Below are positions 25,790 to 38,249 of a stretch of DNA of 64,000 bases, piece after piece (position 1 is the first letter of the stretch; the number at the start of each line of letters is the position of its first letter). The position numbers and the translations under genes are program-made. The notes beneath the pieces are model-generated. The model was not told the DNA's origin. It saw only the letters and a program-made list of their open reading frames with translations, and did no database searches. Source of the stretch: Camelus ferus (Eukaryota); contig NC_045696.1 of the NCBI RefSeq assembly GCF_009834535.1, forward strand, positions 103,604,001 to 103,668,000, given 5' to 3'.

Positions 25790-26290
25790 CCGATGTATAA
25801 TTGGCATATAATAAACTGGACATCTTCAAGGGTATAATTTGATAAATTTTGACACGTGTACTCGCCATGAGACCAACACCCCAGTCAAGAGAGAGAGTGG
25901 ATCCAGCCTCCGTTTCCTTGTGCCCTTGTGACCCTTCCCCCAGCCCCCGCCGCCCAGGTGACTGCTGGTCTGCTTTCTGTCACTGGAGACTCGTTTGTAT
26001 TTTCTAGAGTTTTATGCAAATGAACCGCACAGCACATACCCTTTTTTGCCCGGCTTCATTCACTCAAAATAGCGACTTTGAGATTCACCCCTGTTGTTGG
26101 GTTTGCTAGTTCATCTCTTCGTTTTGCTGGGCAGTGAGTTCTATTGTTGGTTATCCATCTGTTTTGGTTTGGTTATCCATTCACCTGTTAAGGGACATTT
26201 AGGTTGTCTCCACTTTTTGGCTGTTACAAACAAAGCTGCTCTAAAACCTTCTGTACAAGTCTCTGTGTGGACATTTGGCTTTGTTTCTCA
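25790..26290 (-). mobile_element. L1MB/MC-like 3' end
   Basis: tttgagattcaccc; ttatccattcacctgttaagggacatttaggttgt. Confidence 0.65.
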
Positions 26291-29200
26291 CAATCCAATC
26301 TTAAAAATCATGATTGTCTCCAAATGTCCTGCCTTTTTCTCAAGAGTGTAGAGTCAGGGGCTGCCCCTGGCCCGCGGTCAGAGTCTCGTTACTTGTATGT
26401 TTAGCAGGCCTCCATCATCATAAGACACAGGCTCCCCTTTTCTCTTAGGTTTAGTGCCTGAGTCACGTGGATCAGCAGGCTTTTCAGGCAGGAGGCTTCT
26501 GGCGTCACTGTAGGGATCTGCCCTTAAACATCCCTCCTGAGGGCCTGGCTCCAGCCGAGGCTGCAGGTCTGAGTCTGCAGTGCATCTGCCTTCTCAGCTG
26601 CCCCATGAAGCCAAAAAACAAGGGGAAACTGAGGCACAGGCAAGGCAGTTATGATTTGAGATTGCTCGGTGAGGCATCCTCTGCCAGGACTGCCTTCCTC
26701 CCCCTGCTGGCCTTTTACTGAGAAGCAAGTTGCCCGGGGTGATGTCACTTAAAAACAAGTGCGACACACTTGTTAACTAGAAGAGAATGTCTGCATTATT
26801 CACCAATTAACTCCTCGCTCCTCCTCAGGGGCAGTGCTTCATACGAAATAGCACATACGAAATATTTCCAGTCATCACGGTGCTCATCCAAAAATAAATA
26901 AGTATCAGCGCCCCCACAGATGTTTCCTTATTTGCTGAAGGAAAAAGAAGATAAACACACTTATTGTGACTCACAATATTTGTGTAAAAGGCACCACACT
27001 AGAGCCCTCCTAAGTACTCCCAACAATAATATTTTGGAAACTTTGAATTTTTTTACCTTGGATGGCTCGTCACCACTTTGATTCGGCGTCGAGCTTTTCC
27101 CCCTCATGTTAACACCTCCAGGAAGTTAAGAGGGTGTTGGGAGATGACCTGGTACTTCTAGGAATATCTTCTGCCCCCAAACCTAGAGGCTGGTTTCCTC
27201 TCTTCAGCGGTGTCAGGGAGAACATCCAAGGAGTCTAAGCACCTGGACCCACGCAGACCAGCTCACAGTGGCGTTAAAGCAGGAGCCCTCCAACTTGAGC
27301 CCACTGTGAGAGGCCACCGAAGGGCAGGTTGACCAGATGGCGGGCCTGCCCCTCCCGCCTCCTACGCCCATGAGACTTCTCTCAACGCAGCACTCAGAGC
27401 AACCCAAAACAGCCAAGACCATCCTGTCACTCTTCTACTCAAAAACCCTTCCTCACCCGTCTTCTACCCGTCCCCTCACTCAATTCGCTCTGGCCACACT
27501 AACCTCCTGGCTGCTTCTGAGCACACCACATTTTATTTCTTCTGCCTGGGAGGACCTTTCCCTTCCTAGGCTTATGACTCCCTTTCCTCACCTTGTTGAC
27601 ATCTTTGTTCGTGTCTCCTTCCTTGTGAGGCCTTCCTGACCACCTAGTTTTAAACTGTATCCCAGACATTCCAGTCCCATACGTGACACTCCCTGTCTCC
27701 CTTCCCTGCTTTCCTTTGCTCCATAATACTTACTACCATCTGACCTACTGCTGTGGATGTAATCTTCCTTCTCTCCCCAGAATGCTAGCTCCAAGGAGGC
27801 AGTAATTTTTGTCTGTATTCTTCCTCCTGACGCATACTTTTGATGTAGTTTAGGACTGAGACTTGGGATCAGGATTTGGAATTACTTTAATCCCAGTGTT
27901 CCCCAAACTTTAAAAACAAATATCCCACATGAACACAGGTATCTCAGGCTTCATGATGGAAATGGCCTCCAGGTGAGCAGCACGGCGTGGGGTCTGTCTA
28001 AAATGATGGGGGCTTCTTTCACAGTGCAGCGTGGCCTTCTCAGTTCTAGGTGGAGTTGAGAAATATGTTAAATTTGGAAAACAGTGTTGTTTATGCCAGA
28101 CAGAATTTTCTGTGATGAGCCAAAACTTCACATATCTAAGCCCATGTCAAAAAGTAGATCAATACAAAGATTTTGATGGCATGAAATAAAGAGGATTTGA
28201 CAAGGCAAAAAACTAAATGAATCTTACTAGGACTTTAAACAGGTTACACCTTCTCTGTTGTCAATATGAAATCTAGGCATAAGCTTAAAATATGCTGGCA
28301 AATGGTGTTGTCAAACTAAGATGTCAAATGGCAACATGACAAGCCAGAGGATGAGCCTTTTGGCCACAAAAGACTAAACCTCAGATGAGGATGCATATGA
28401 GGAATCAAGACCCAAGGTCTCTGGACTGGGGGCAGTTTGCTTTGAGGCATGTCATGCCTGCCCAAGACGGATTCTCCGAGGGGCCACACTGGCCGTTGAC
28501 TTGGAGTAGCAGAGAAACTTACACCAGCTGGTGGCACATACAGGGCCTCTGCTTGGCCTCAGGTGTCCTTCATTTTGGAATCATGCAATTTGGAAAGGGA
28601 CACCCAACCAAAGTATGGCCCCCTCTCTCATTAAAGAACTAGCTTGTTACATCATAGACTAGAACCCTCTTAGAACCTTCTGATATTTCTGATGAGGCCT
28701 GTTCTAACACCTGGGGCTAATATGAGTGGGGTTCTGGTATCTCAATAAAAATAACATGCTTAGAGATTGAGAACCCTTGTCCTTCCTTTTTGTTAACTTT
28801 CAAGTCCTCCAGTGTCACAGAGGCTAAGTTTTATGAAGGTTTATTTAGGGATATTTATTTACGGTACTAAGTGGAGAAGGATTTAGGCTTCTCTTGTCCG
28901 GGACACAAATTATCAACAAACCTGGCCTTTGGTGCTGTCACTTTATATTCCCTGGACCATTCAGCAAAGTGGCACAGCATGGTCAAGTTTAACATCCGGC
29001 AGGATGCACTGAAAGTCAAGCTACCCAGTAGGAGTCCACGCAGGACCTGACTAAACCTGAGGCCCTGATGTCGACATTTCTGAAAGGAGCGGAGTGTGGG
29101 ATTCTTCAAAAGGCTAACAGAGGCTGAAAAACTCAGCTCTCAACTATTTACCCAGACAAGAGTGGAATATATTCTCTCCTACCAGATGTGCATGGCTCTC

Positions 29201-29439
29201 AGCATCCTGCCTGGCCCTGTAGGTCCTCAAAGTAAGTCTGCTGAATGAATGAGCACCACAGTGCTCAAAAACCAGCCCAGATTAAATGCAAGAAAAGACT
29301 GCTATGTCCTTTCCAGACGGTTTCTTCTGCTTTGTTACCGAGGACTCCTCACTTCTGCCCTTCCCTTACTAGCAGTGAGGTACAGTAATTTGAAATGAGA
29401 AGAAAATCTTACATTAGTGAGAAAGTAAGGTCACGCAAA

Positions 29440-32400
29440 GAATGGATAGGCTTCTTGTAATTTATTTGAGTTATTTCCAAGCGACAGTTACAAAAGTTTT
29501 TAATTTTTATAATACTCTTGATAAGAAAATAAAATTTAAATAAAAATACATTCTCAACAATACAACATGGTTACACAAATTCACTACATTAAATTTTGAT
29601 AACTTACATTTTCAAAGTGGACACTAAAAACCAATACTTACTAGTGACATATTAATTTCCAAGTTAATAAAAAGGGAAGCAGATAATATCAGTCAAGACT
29701 GGCGTTTATCTCTAGAATGAGCCCTGTATTTTTCACATACTGCAAGGATACCTAAAAGGCTTTGAAGCGTTTTGTCTTTATAGGATGTACCGTTAGAACA
29801 AATTAAAGGTGCTTCTACTTAAAAAAAAAAAACAAACAAACCAAAAAACATTTAAAACCTGGGCTGAATGCAGCTTTCTGATAAATGAATGAAATTAGGC
29901 TTCAGAAATAAACAAAAGCCGCATCATTCATCACCCTTTTTGTACAATAAGGAAAGTCTTGTTTTGACCCTTAACCATTACCCGTGATATTATAAACATA
30001 TTTCTTTGGCAAATAAAATAGTTCAATTTGATAAATTATATTCCTGGAAGTAAAAAACTTCTTTGCTATTTCCCCTCATTAAATGAATATTAAAAAACAA
30101 AGCTAAACAAAAACAAAACTAACAATAACAAAACAAGCAACAGATCAGCACAATCTTGACTTAAGAAAATGGCTAAACTAAGAACCAGAACTGGCATTTA
30201 TGGCAAGAGTTTCTCCATATCATCCTTTTCTTTCCTTCCTGGGGTTTTCAGAGTTTTAGGGTAAAGTGAGCTGCCATGTATTTCTTCAAGTGTGGAAAAG
30301 GCAGAAAGAGCAGATCAGGTAGTAACGATAGTACTCATCAGTAACAGCCAAGGAACGAGGCCCTTGGAAGCAAGTAAGTACCTTGGTTTTCCTGGGGTCC
30401 CACTGACATGGTCTCTTATTTCAGAAGACTTTAAAAGAAAATTTCATTTCACATTACTTGTTTTTAGGCTGTGCCGAGCTGGTTAATTCCAGTCAAACTG
30501 GCTGTTCACATGACCCTTTTAAAGAAAATAACTAGTAACTGAACTCTTCAAATTCTGAGTTCTGTATTCACACAGCCTTGGTCCCTGTGAGAATGCTGTG
30601 ATCTTTAAAAAACAATCATAATTGGGGACTTGATATTAGAAACAATTAGAAGAATATAACTAAAGAAGCCACAAGAGAGAAATGTGTGGTACCTGGCAAC
30701 GCTCACATATCCTTTCCAGGCAGACATCTCAGAGACTCCTAAAAGGAAATTTCAATCTGAGTGAAATGAAATTCAAAAATGAGAAATTTACTAAATGTGA
30801 AGTTCTTTCACACTGATAAATCAGTGTAGTGTATGGAATCTACGAGCTCATAAAATTTAAAGGACTTTTTCAAACTTGTCTTTAAAATGGGCCAGGAATA
30901 ACCTACTATAATGCAGACTAGGACTTATTCTTAAATAAAACCAACTGATTTTTACAAGTCCTTTAGAGAAATACATTGTTCAGTTACAGTCATTATGGAA
31001 CAACTTTGATTGTGTGCCAATGGTCTTTAAAAATAATTATCCAGTAACAGAATTTAAAAACAATTACTTACCAATAACATAACTGGCAAAGTGTATCTTG
31101 AAACATAGCTTATGCTCAGGGAAACAAAAAAAGCAGTACTAGCTAGACTTACATTAATAAGTCACAGTTTTAAACAGAAACACGTAAAATACTCCAGGGT
31201 TCAAGGTACCACATTTACAAAATTTAAAAAGACAAAATAAGAGTACCATGGTTTTTAATACTGATGAAGCAAAGTGTATCCCTCTCAACTTCAAGGTGGT
31301 AAACTTGCTTCGACTGCTTATTTACAGTTATCATTTTTAAGATAAAAGTAAATTATTAGGGAAAAGTAGAATTCGAACAGTTGCTTGCCCAAATTCCATT
31401 TGGCTAGCAGGCAGTAAGGAAACAGCAATGAGATATAAACATTTTCAGGAAAGCACTATTTCTATACTTAAACACTGATCATTCAACTGATCATAAAGAT
31501 TAGATACCATGGAGTATCTAAAGTAGAATCTGGGGCGGCCCAGATTATTAAAGTGCGCCGAGTGACTGTTCTGGAGTTAGCTCTCAACCTTACCCTGGGA
31601 GGGGGGCGTCCTATGGTGGCCCTTATAATAACATGGTCACAGGTGAAGTCTAGTGATTTTACCACCACCTTCCCCCACTGTTTACTTTCTCTTCTTTTTG
31701 AGAAGAGAAGTCCTTGGAAGTCACGTTAACCTGAACTCTCAAATCAAGAAAATGAGTACCTGATGTTTAAAACGATGAGAAAAAAATTTAGTGATCTCAT
31801 TTTATGTCATCTGCCATCACTCATCCTAAATGTAAACAAGATGCACACAACAGTCCACGCTCCCTGATTCCTCCGGAGTTCTGTTCTGTTTACATCCCTA
31901 AATAGGCAGGAGGATCTGCTGGCTTTCAAGGACGCTCTGGCAGCTTTCTGCTGTTCTGTCGCTGTCCCTAGTGGAATCTGTAATGACCAACGGACCAGAG
32001 GAAAATCCTTTTTTAATTTTTTTTTGAAGGAGGGTCTAGATGAACTAAATGGAAAGCTCTGAATAGTCATGGATTGAAATTTTCTAGTAGAACACAATGT
32101 TGGCAGTATAGAGCAGGCACTAATGGTAGTGAAAAGTCCACAGAACACGGAGTGTTACAAGGAGAGATGGTTTCTTGCTATGTGGAGTTTTCCTTCTGTG
32201 ACAAAGCTTCAGGAAGATTCTTTCTATTAAAAACAAGTTGCAGAAACATGGCTTTTGAGACAAGATATGAAGGGAATCTTGATTTTTAAATTCTCCAGGA
32301 ATACATTAAGACCAAGATTCCCAAACAGTTCATTTTGATTATTAAATATTAAATACAACATGAATGCAGGTGACACTGAAGCCAATGTTCATTCTTAAAT

Positions 32401-32482
32401 ACTATGAACAAAATATACGATGAACTGAAAAACTCCAACAAAAGTTCTATTTTCCAGTTCTTCTTAATCAACTGGTCAAACT
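29440..32482 (-). other. RASA2: RASA2 3'UTR (~3 kb, AU-rich)
   Basis: Repeat-poor, AU-rich stretch from the stop codon to an AATAAA at 29461-29466; end inferred. Confidence 0.7.
29461..29466 (-). terminator. Candidate polyadenylation signal of RASA2
   Basis: tttatt on + (AATAAA on -), with a U/GU-rich tract downstream on the minus strand. Confidence 0.65.
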
Positions 32483-32513
32483 CTAAGATGTTTTCCCAAC
32501 AATTGGATTTTCC
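32483..32513 (-). CDS. RASA2: RASA2 last coding segment: ENPIVGKTS-stop
   Basis: Polypyrimidine tract + tag|G acceptor; TAG at 32483-32485. Confidence 0.93.
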
Positions 32514-34197
32514 CTAGAAAATAAAAAAAAAATCATTTTTCAAAAGTTGAAAAACAGAAAATTTTAAAAAGTGACAAATATAGTATCCAGTAAGTGTAAT
32601 CTCTTGATAACCTCTCATGCCAAATCTTACTTTATTAATTCAAGTTTTTACTGACCATCTTTTAAGTGTCAGGCCCTATTTTGGAAACTATGGACACAGT
32701 GATGAACAAAATGGACAAAACCCTTGCCCCTGTGGAGTATAGAGAAAATAGTATGAACAAATATAATATTTGGTACAAGAAAGACTGGTATTTTTTAACA
32801 GAAGAATACAGCTGGGAAGGGGGTACAGTGTGTGAGGCTGGGGGAAACGATACTACTTAAGAAGGATGGTCAAGCACTGGCCAGGACCTCATGTGGACAC
32901 TTGCCAGGGCTCCAAGAAAACTGGGTTACTGCTGTTGGAAGAAAACAATTACACTAATGTAGAAAAGACAGTATTAGGATGCTTACAGTAAACTTCCAAT
33001 GTACTGAGCCTTCTATCCAGGGAGAACATAAATATTTATACCTGTCAAACTGATTTTTATTGTTTATAAAACACAAATATAATTACCAATCCACATAATT
33101 TTAAAAGAATACTTAAGATGATGGGGCCAGGATTCAAAGGGCCCCCTTCCCCCAGTCAGCTGCATGACCCTGGGCAAGGCCCTTTACTTCCCTGAGCCTC
33201 TCAGTTTCTCTAGCTATAAAACAGGAATAGAACCATGCTGGGCAACCATGAGGCCAACGAGAGTGTGCAGCTGTGGCAAACACTTGCTGTCCAAGAACCA
33301 TCCCCTCCCTCTGTACCTCTGTGCAAACAGAAACCTGATTCTAGTGCTAATACTGGGCAACCCTGTGTTTCAGGGGAAGCTGAAGGTAACTTTACACAAG
33401 GTTTCTTTCCTGTTGTGGAAGAAAACAGCTCTTTCTGCCTCTGGACACTATTATTAAAAAATGTGGGGCTCTGAACTACTGCAGCCCAGTTGTGACCACA
33501 AGGGGATAAGCCTGAGGAAGACAGAAATCATCTTGTTGAAGACGGCTGAGTGGCTGGACCATCCTTGATGGCAGTGTTGAACTAACCAAGTATAGAAGAG
33601 AGGACTTAATTTGTGAGATTAAAAAACGTCTGACTGTGTAAACCACTTCAATTTGGATTTTCTGTTATTTGCTACTACAAACAATCTAACGGACACGATG
33701 TAAAGTCCTGGGCACGCTGTCCAGGGCGCCGAGTAAGCTCTGAGATAAGTGTTAACTGTTACTGCCGTTTTCCTCCGCGGTGCCCATCTGCATCCGAGAT
33801 GCAGCCAAAGCATCAACTATAAGACACTTCTAGCACTTTCCCAGCTGGCTGTTTTTCAGTGCTTAGCAGGTACAGAGGCACTGTGGGAGATGGAAGGAAG
33901 GAAGGGGATCAGAGAACAAAAACAGAAAACTACCAAGTATTCGATTCAGTGGTTACAGTGGAATATAACATTGTAAATGGTGACAAAGTACAGCACCAAC
34001 AGAATGAAATGATACCAGGACTGAAAAAGACCAGGATCACCGTACGAGTGGCCAGGGAGACTCTTGCGCAAGGGAAAGGTTTTGAGCTGGCCTTAGAGGT
34101 GAAGCGAGCAGGAGGCCTGCACTGCAGGCGAGTGCAAGGTAGCAGAGGCGGTCTCACTATGTCCCAGCTACGTTTCAAGTGTCTTAAAAATACTTAC

Positions 34198-34387
34198 TTG
34201 CTCCCATATTTCGCACTACTTGATCTCTTCTTCCTATACTTTTCATGAGGTTCATCTAGCTTCTCTATGATGCTTTTTATTTGTTGAATTGTCTTAAAGG
34301 TTGTTACAGAATCCTCAATTACAAAGTTAGAATAGTCATCGGGCTCTTTCTGTGGTCCTTGATAGACGGCTATAGTCCCACAGGCCT
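34198..34387 (-). CDS. RASA2: RASA2 exon: (E)ACGTIAVYQGPQKEPDDY...KYRKKRSSSAKYGS(K)
   Basis: 190 nt; tag|AG, AA|gtaagt; inside ORF 34194..34400. Confidence 0.95.
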
Positions 34388-34739
34388 CTATGAGGAGCAA
34401 GAAGGTCTCTGGTCAGACAGCTAGGTCATTAAATGTAATTTGTAGTATAAACAAGAATGTTTCAAGGGGCTCAAGCTGGGGAGATCGCCCCCGGAAATGC
34501 ACAGACAACCAATAATACATACATTTTATTAATTATGATCATCCCATTTATCAAAAACAGTATTTTCACTTGATGAATATCTATGAAAAAGGCTCCCATT
34601 GGGAGTTTGTCAACTTTCATAGAAGTAACATTTTGGGAAATCTATGCGTATCTTCAACTTTAAGAAAATGCCAAACAACGTTTCACTAATTCGTAATGAA
34701 GGATCATGGTTATATAAAGTATTTCAGTTGTATAGTTAC

Positions 34740-34843
34740 CTTCCATTTTCTGCAGCTTAAGTGAACTGAGGGTAAAAAGGGAATAAATCCTTTCTGTTTC
34801 TCTGTCTTCATCAATATCTATCTGGATGTCTGCAGGGACACCT
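34740..34843 (-). CDS. RASA2: RASA2 exon: [34 protein letters not shown]
   Basis: 104 nt; tag|A, G|gtaact. Confidence 0.94.
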
Positions 34844-35199
34844 CTATGGTAAAAATGAAATCAAAGACATTGGAAAAATTTCACTCTGTTAACACGCTAC
34901 TGACTTTTGACAGTCTGAGACTAAAAACAGAACCACAGAATTTTGTAGAAGGAACCTCAGGAATCTAGTCTAACTTAATAATTAAATAAAATGGGGCCAA
35001 GAGAGGTTCGGTCATTTTGTGACTCTAATCAAAAGGAGAGGAATCTTAAAGTGAAAGCATTTTCATAACTTATGCTTCATCACAAAAGGCATACTTTACT
35101 TTTTAAATCCATAGGGCTTCAATTAGAGGGAGACTCCTAAGCCCTTCTTCCCCAATATCAGGCTCATACTCGCGCATCTATTTAAACACTGCCCCCCTC

Positions 35200-35480
35200 A
35201 TCTTTTTTTGACTTGTGCAATCACAGTTTATTTGGGAACATTTTTATCATCTCCCCTAAAAAAACCCCTGTACCCCCATTAGCATTCCCCATTCCTCCCT
35301 CCCTCTAGTCCCTCACAATCACTAATCTACTTTGTGTCTCTAGAAATTTACCTATTCTGGACACTTTACACAAATGTTATCATACAGTATATGACCTTTA
35401 TGTCTGGCTTCTTTCAGCATGTTGTCTAGGTTCACCTGTGCTGTAGCATGTATCAGGACTTCATTCCACTTTATAATACT
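35200..35480 (-). mobile_element. L1MB-like 3' fragment in a RASA2 intron
   Basis: cactaatctactttgtgtctctag; tctaggttcacctgtgctgtagcatgtatcag. Confidence 0.65.
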
Positions 35481-35538
35481 AAAAAATTATTATTATTTTA
35501 TAATAATTTGAAACTTTTTTAATCAAAAAGAAACTTAC

Positions 35539-35747
35539 GCAGTACATCGCTTGCAGCCGAGAGCGCTCTCACTGGTCTCCAGACAGCAGAGCCAGTTTCC
35601 GTTTAGATATGCAGAGGGGTGATAAAAACTGAGCCTGTTCTGATTGCATCGGCTCACCCTGCAGAGGACGTCTATCCATTCATTAGCTTCTACACAGTTA
35701 TTTGCCTGGACATAGAGTGGTTTCTCCGTATGTATCACTTGGAACAT
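35539..35747 (-). CDS. RASA2: RASA2 exon, end of PH domain plus Btk zinc motif: [12 protein letters not shown]...[27 protein letters not shown]
   Basis: 209 nt; aag|ATG, GC|gtaagt; H-P...W-x-C-C...G-C pattern of the Btk motif. Confidence 0.95.
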
Positions 35748-36391
35748 CTTCATAGGCAATTAAGATTAAAAAGTTAGTGACAAAGTCTAAAAACCAAACA
35801 CATTATGAAACACAAAAAGCATATAACAGAAATATAGTTTCCTTGGCTAGATAACTGTTGCTTGGGTATCTTATGAATTGTTACTTTGCAAGCAAGTTAG
35901 TCCCCAGGACAGTCTGAATCACATGGTACTCAATAGTACAAAAGAATATAATTTTAAGAAGCCAGACAACTGCAAAGGAATAGACTATCATATAAACAGG
36001 AATCAAGGAAGATAATTTCAGATGGAGGAAAATGTATGAGTAAAGGCAAAGCAGAAGGAAAATACAAAGGAACAAGGAAATCATCTTGGATGGCTTGAGT
36101 GGATGGTACATACTGAAGAGCAGCAGAAGATACGGTTGCACAGACTAGTTAGGACTAGTATTATTAAAGACTTAACGTCAAGCTGAGAAGTTTGATAGAA
36201 CAAAAGTATTGAGAAAAGTACCTTAACTTGATAGGTGAGCATCAACAACAGTGGGCAATTTTAAGACACAGTTCTAGCCAGCAATTATAAAATATTAGTG
36301 ATTAATAACAAACACTAAAATAACCTCCTTAAAATTTATAGCTAAGTAATATATGCAGTTTAAAGTGCTTTAAATTATTTATGTCACTTAC

Positions 36392-36474
36392 ATTTTTCTT
36401 GTTGAAAGAGCTCTCTTCCAGTTTTTCCACAGCAAGAATGTTTTTCACTGGAATTGTGTAAATTGCATCTTTGC
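36392..36474 (-). CDS. RASA2: RASA2 exon, PH domain: KDAIYTIPVKNILAVEKLEESSFNKKN
   Basis: 83 nt; tag|GC, AAT|gtaagt. Confidence 0.94.
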
Positions 36475-38249
36475 CTAAATAATACAAGAAGCAGGATAAA
36501 TGACAAGGTTTAAGATAATTCTTTTGAAGGTAGGCATAGAAGCAGGAAACAGATTTTCAAGTGGTACATATGTAAGTATTTGTTTTATGGAATAGATGAA
36601 TTTTGATTATTTTCTACAGTGTGACTCCCACTTTACTTTTTGATATAAAATTAAAACATTTTCAAGGAAAAATGCAGGAATAAATTTGATCTCTTATGTA
36701 TAAAATAAAAATGTTATTATAAATTTGTAAGATTAATTATATGGGGACTGAAAAAATATGTCCTTATCAATAAAGGCCTACTCAAAATGTGCTGAGACAC
36801 GGGATTCTCTTTCATGGAGTTATTACATACACAATGATTCTGACTGTGCCTAAGTGTATTTTTCTGGTTTTTTCCAATCTAATAATTAAATAAGGAATAT
36901 TTAACTCAAAAACAATGATTTGAAATTGAAAAACTGTTCATTACTATCACATATTAGCTGGTCAGCTGACTGGATCTACCAAATTTACTCTGAGATAGGG
37001 AACAAAAGTAAAAAATTATATTTGATGGAGTGAATCATCAACCCAATTTGAGAATTTGGAAATTTGAGTTTGTTGAAGGAGCTCCATAATAATACAGCAC
37101 AAGGATATAATGCATTTCAACTTAAAATTTACTTGAGAATAAATGACATCTCATATAGTCATAGAAGCTATAGGCAAATGTTAATTATGACTTTTTCTGG
37201 TCATTCTGTAATGTTGTTCTTAGAAAATCAAAGCTTTGCCTCCCTCTCCCACCAAACTCTGCTTTAATGACATATGGCTGAAGTGTTGGATACTTCTACA
37301 TTTTATATTATCCGTGGATTAATGTATAGTTTTTTGGTCAAAGACACTTAATTTGTGGTTAATGAAGGTTTTTGTCCTTGAACAGCAAGGTTAATATTTG
37401 CTAAGCCTGGTTCCTCCTGTAAAATCTAAAATTTGTGTAATTCAAGCAATGTGATAACCATTTTTTTTAAACGATAACGTCACTTAATTCAACTATCATA
37501 CATTGAATGTCTATTATATACCAGACACTGTCCTAGCCACTTGAGATATAGCAGTAAACAAAACACATAAGGCCCCTAATAAAGTCTGCATTTAGGTCTA
37601 GAAAGACTGATGAAAGACAAATAAATATTAGGTAGAGATGAATGCTGTAATGAAAATAACCCAAGGTGATGTCATAGAAATTGGGAAGTTATTTTAAATT
37701 GGGTAGTTAGGGAAAACTCTTATGTTGAATTTAAATTCAACAGATACAAATCATATCTACATGGGAAAATGAGAAAAGACTATCAGCAGTCTCCTGGAGG
37801 CAGACAAGATCAAGTTTATGAGGGGGCTGGGGGAGACGGGAAGGGAGTAAACTGAAGGAAGCCACAGCCTGAGCCACATGTAGGAAAAGACACCCGCAAA
37901 AGTAGGACTGGTCAGAAGAGCTTCAGGCCAGAGTCAGTGGACACAGACAGCTGAGCGGGGTGGGGGGACACACCAGACATGTATCAGGATGATTAATTGG
38001 TGAGCTGCACCGGGAACAGCTGGGCCAATTAGGTCCTCCACCCACCCCCCCACCCCCCCACCCCCCGCCCCCCGCCGGCTAGTGCTAAGCAGCAGTCAAG
38101 AGGCGTGTGCCCAGGCTAAGCAGTGAGGGCGCGGCCCGGGCTGTGGAGCAGTGCCGCGCCATTAGACAAGCACTAGCACCCTTGCCCCTCAGCAGCTCGT
38201 CCTGTCCCTCCCTCGCAACTGCTGGCGGTCAGCTACTGAACACTCAAGC

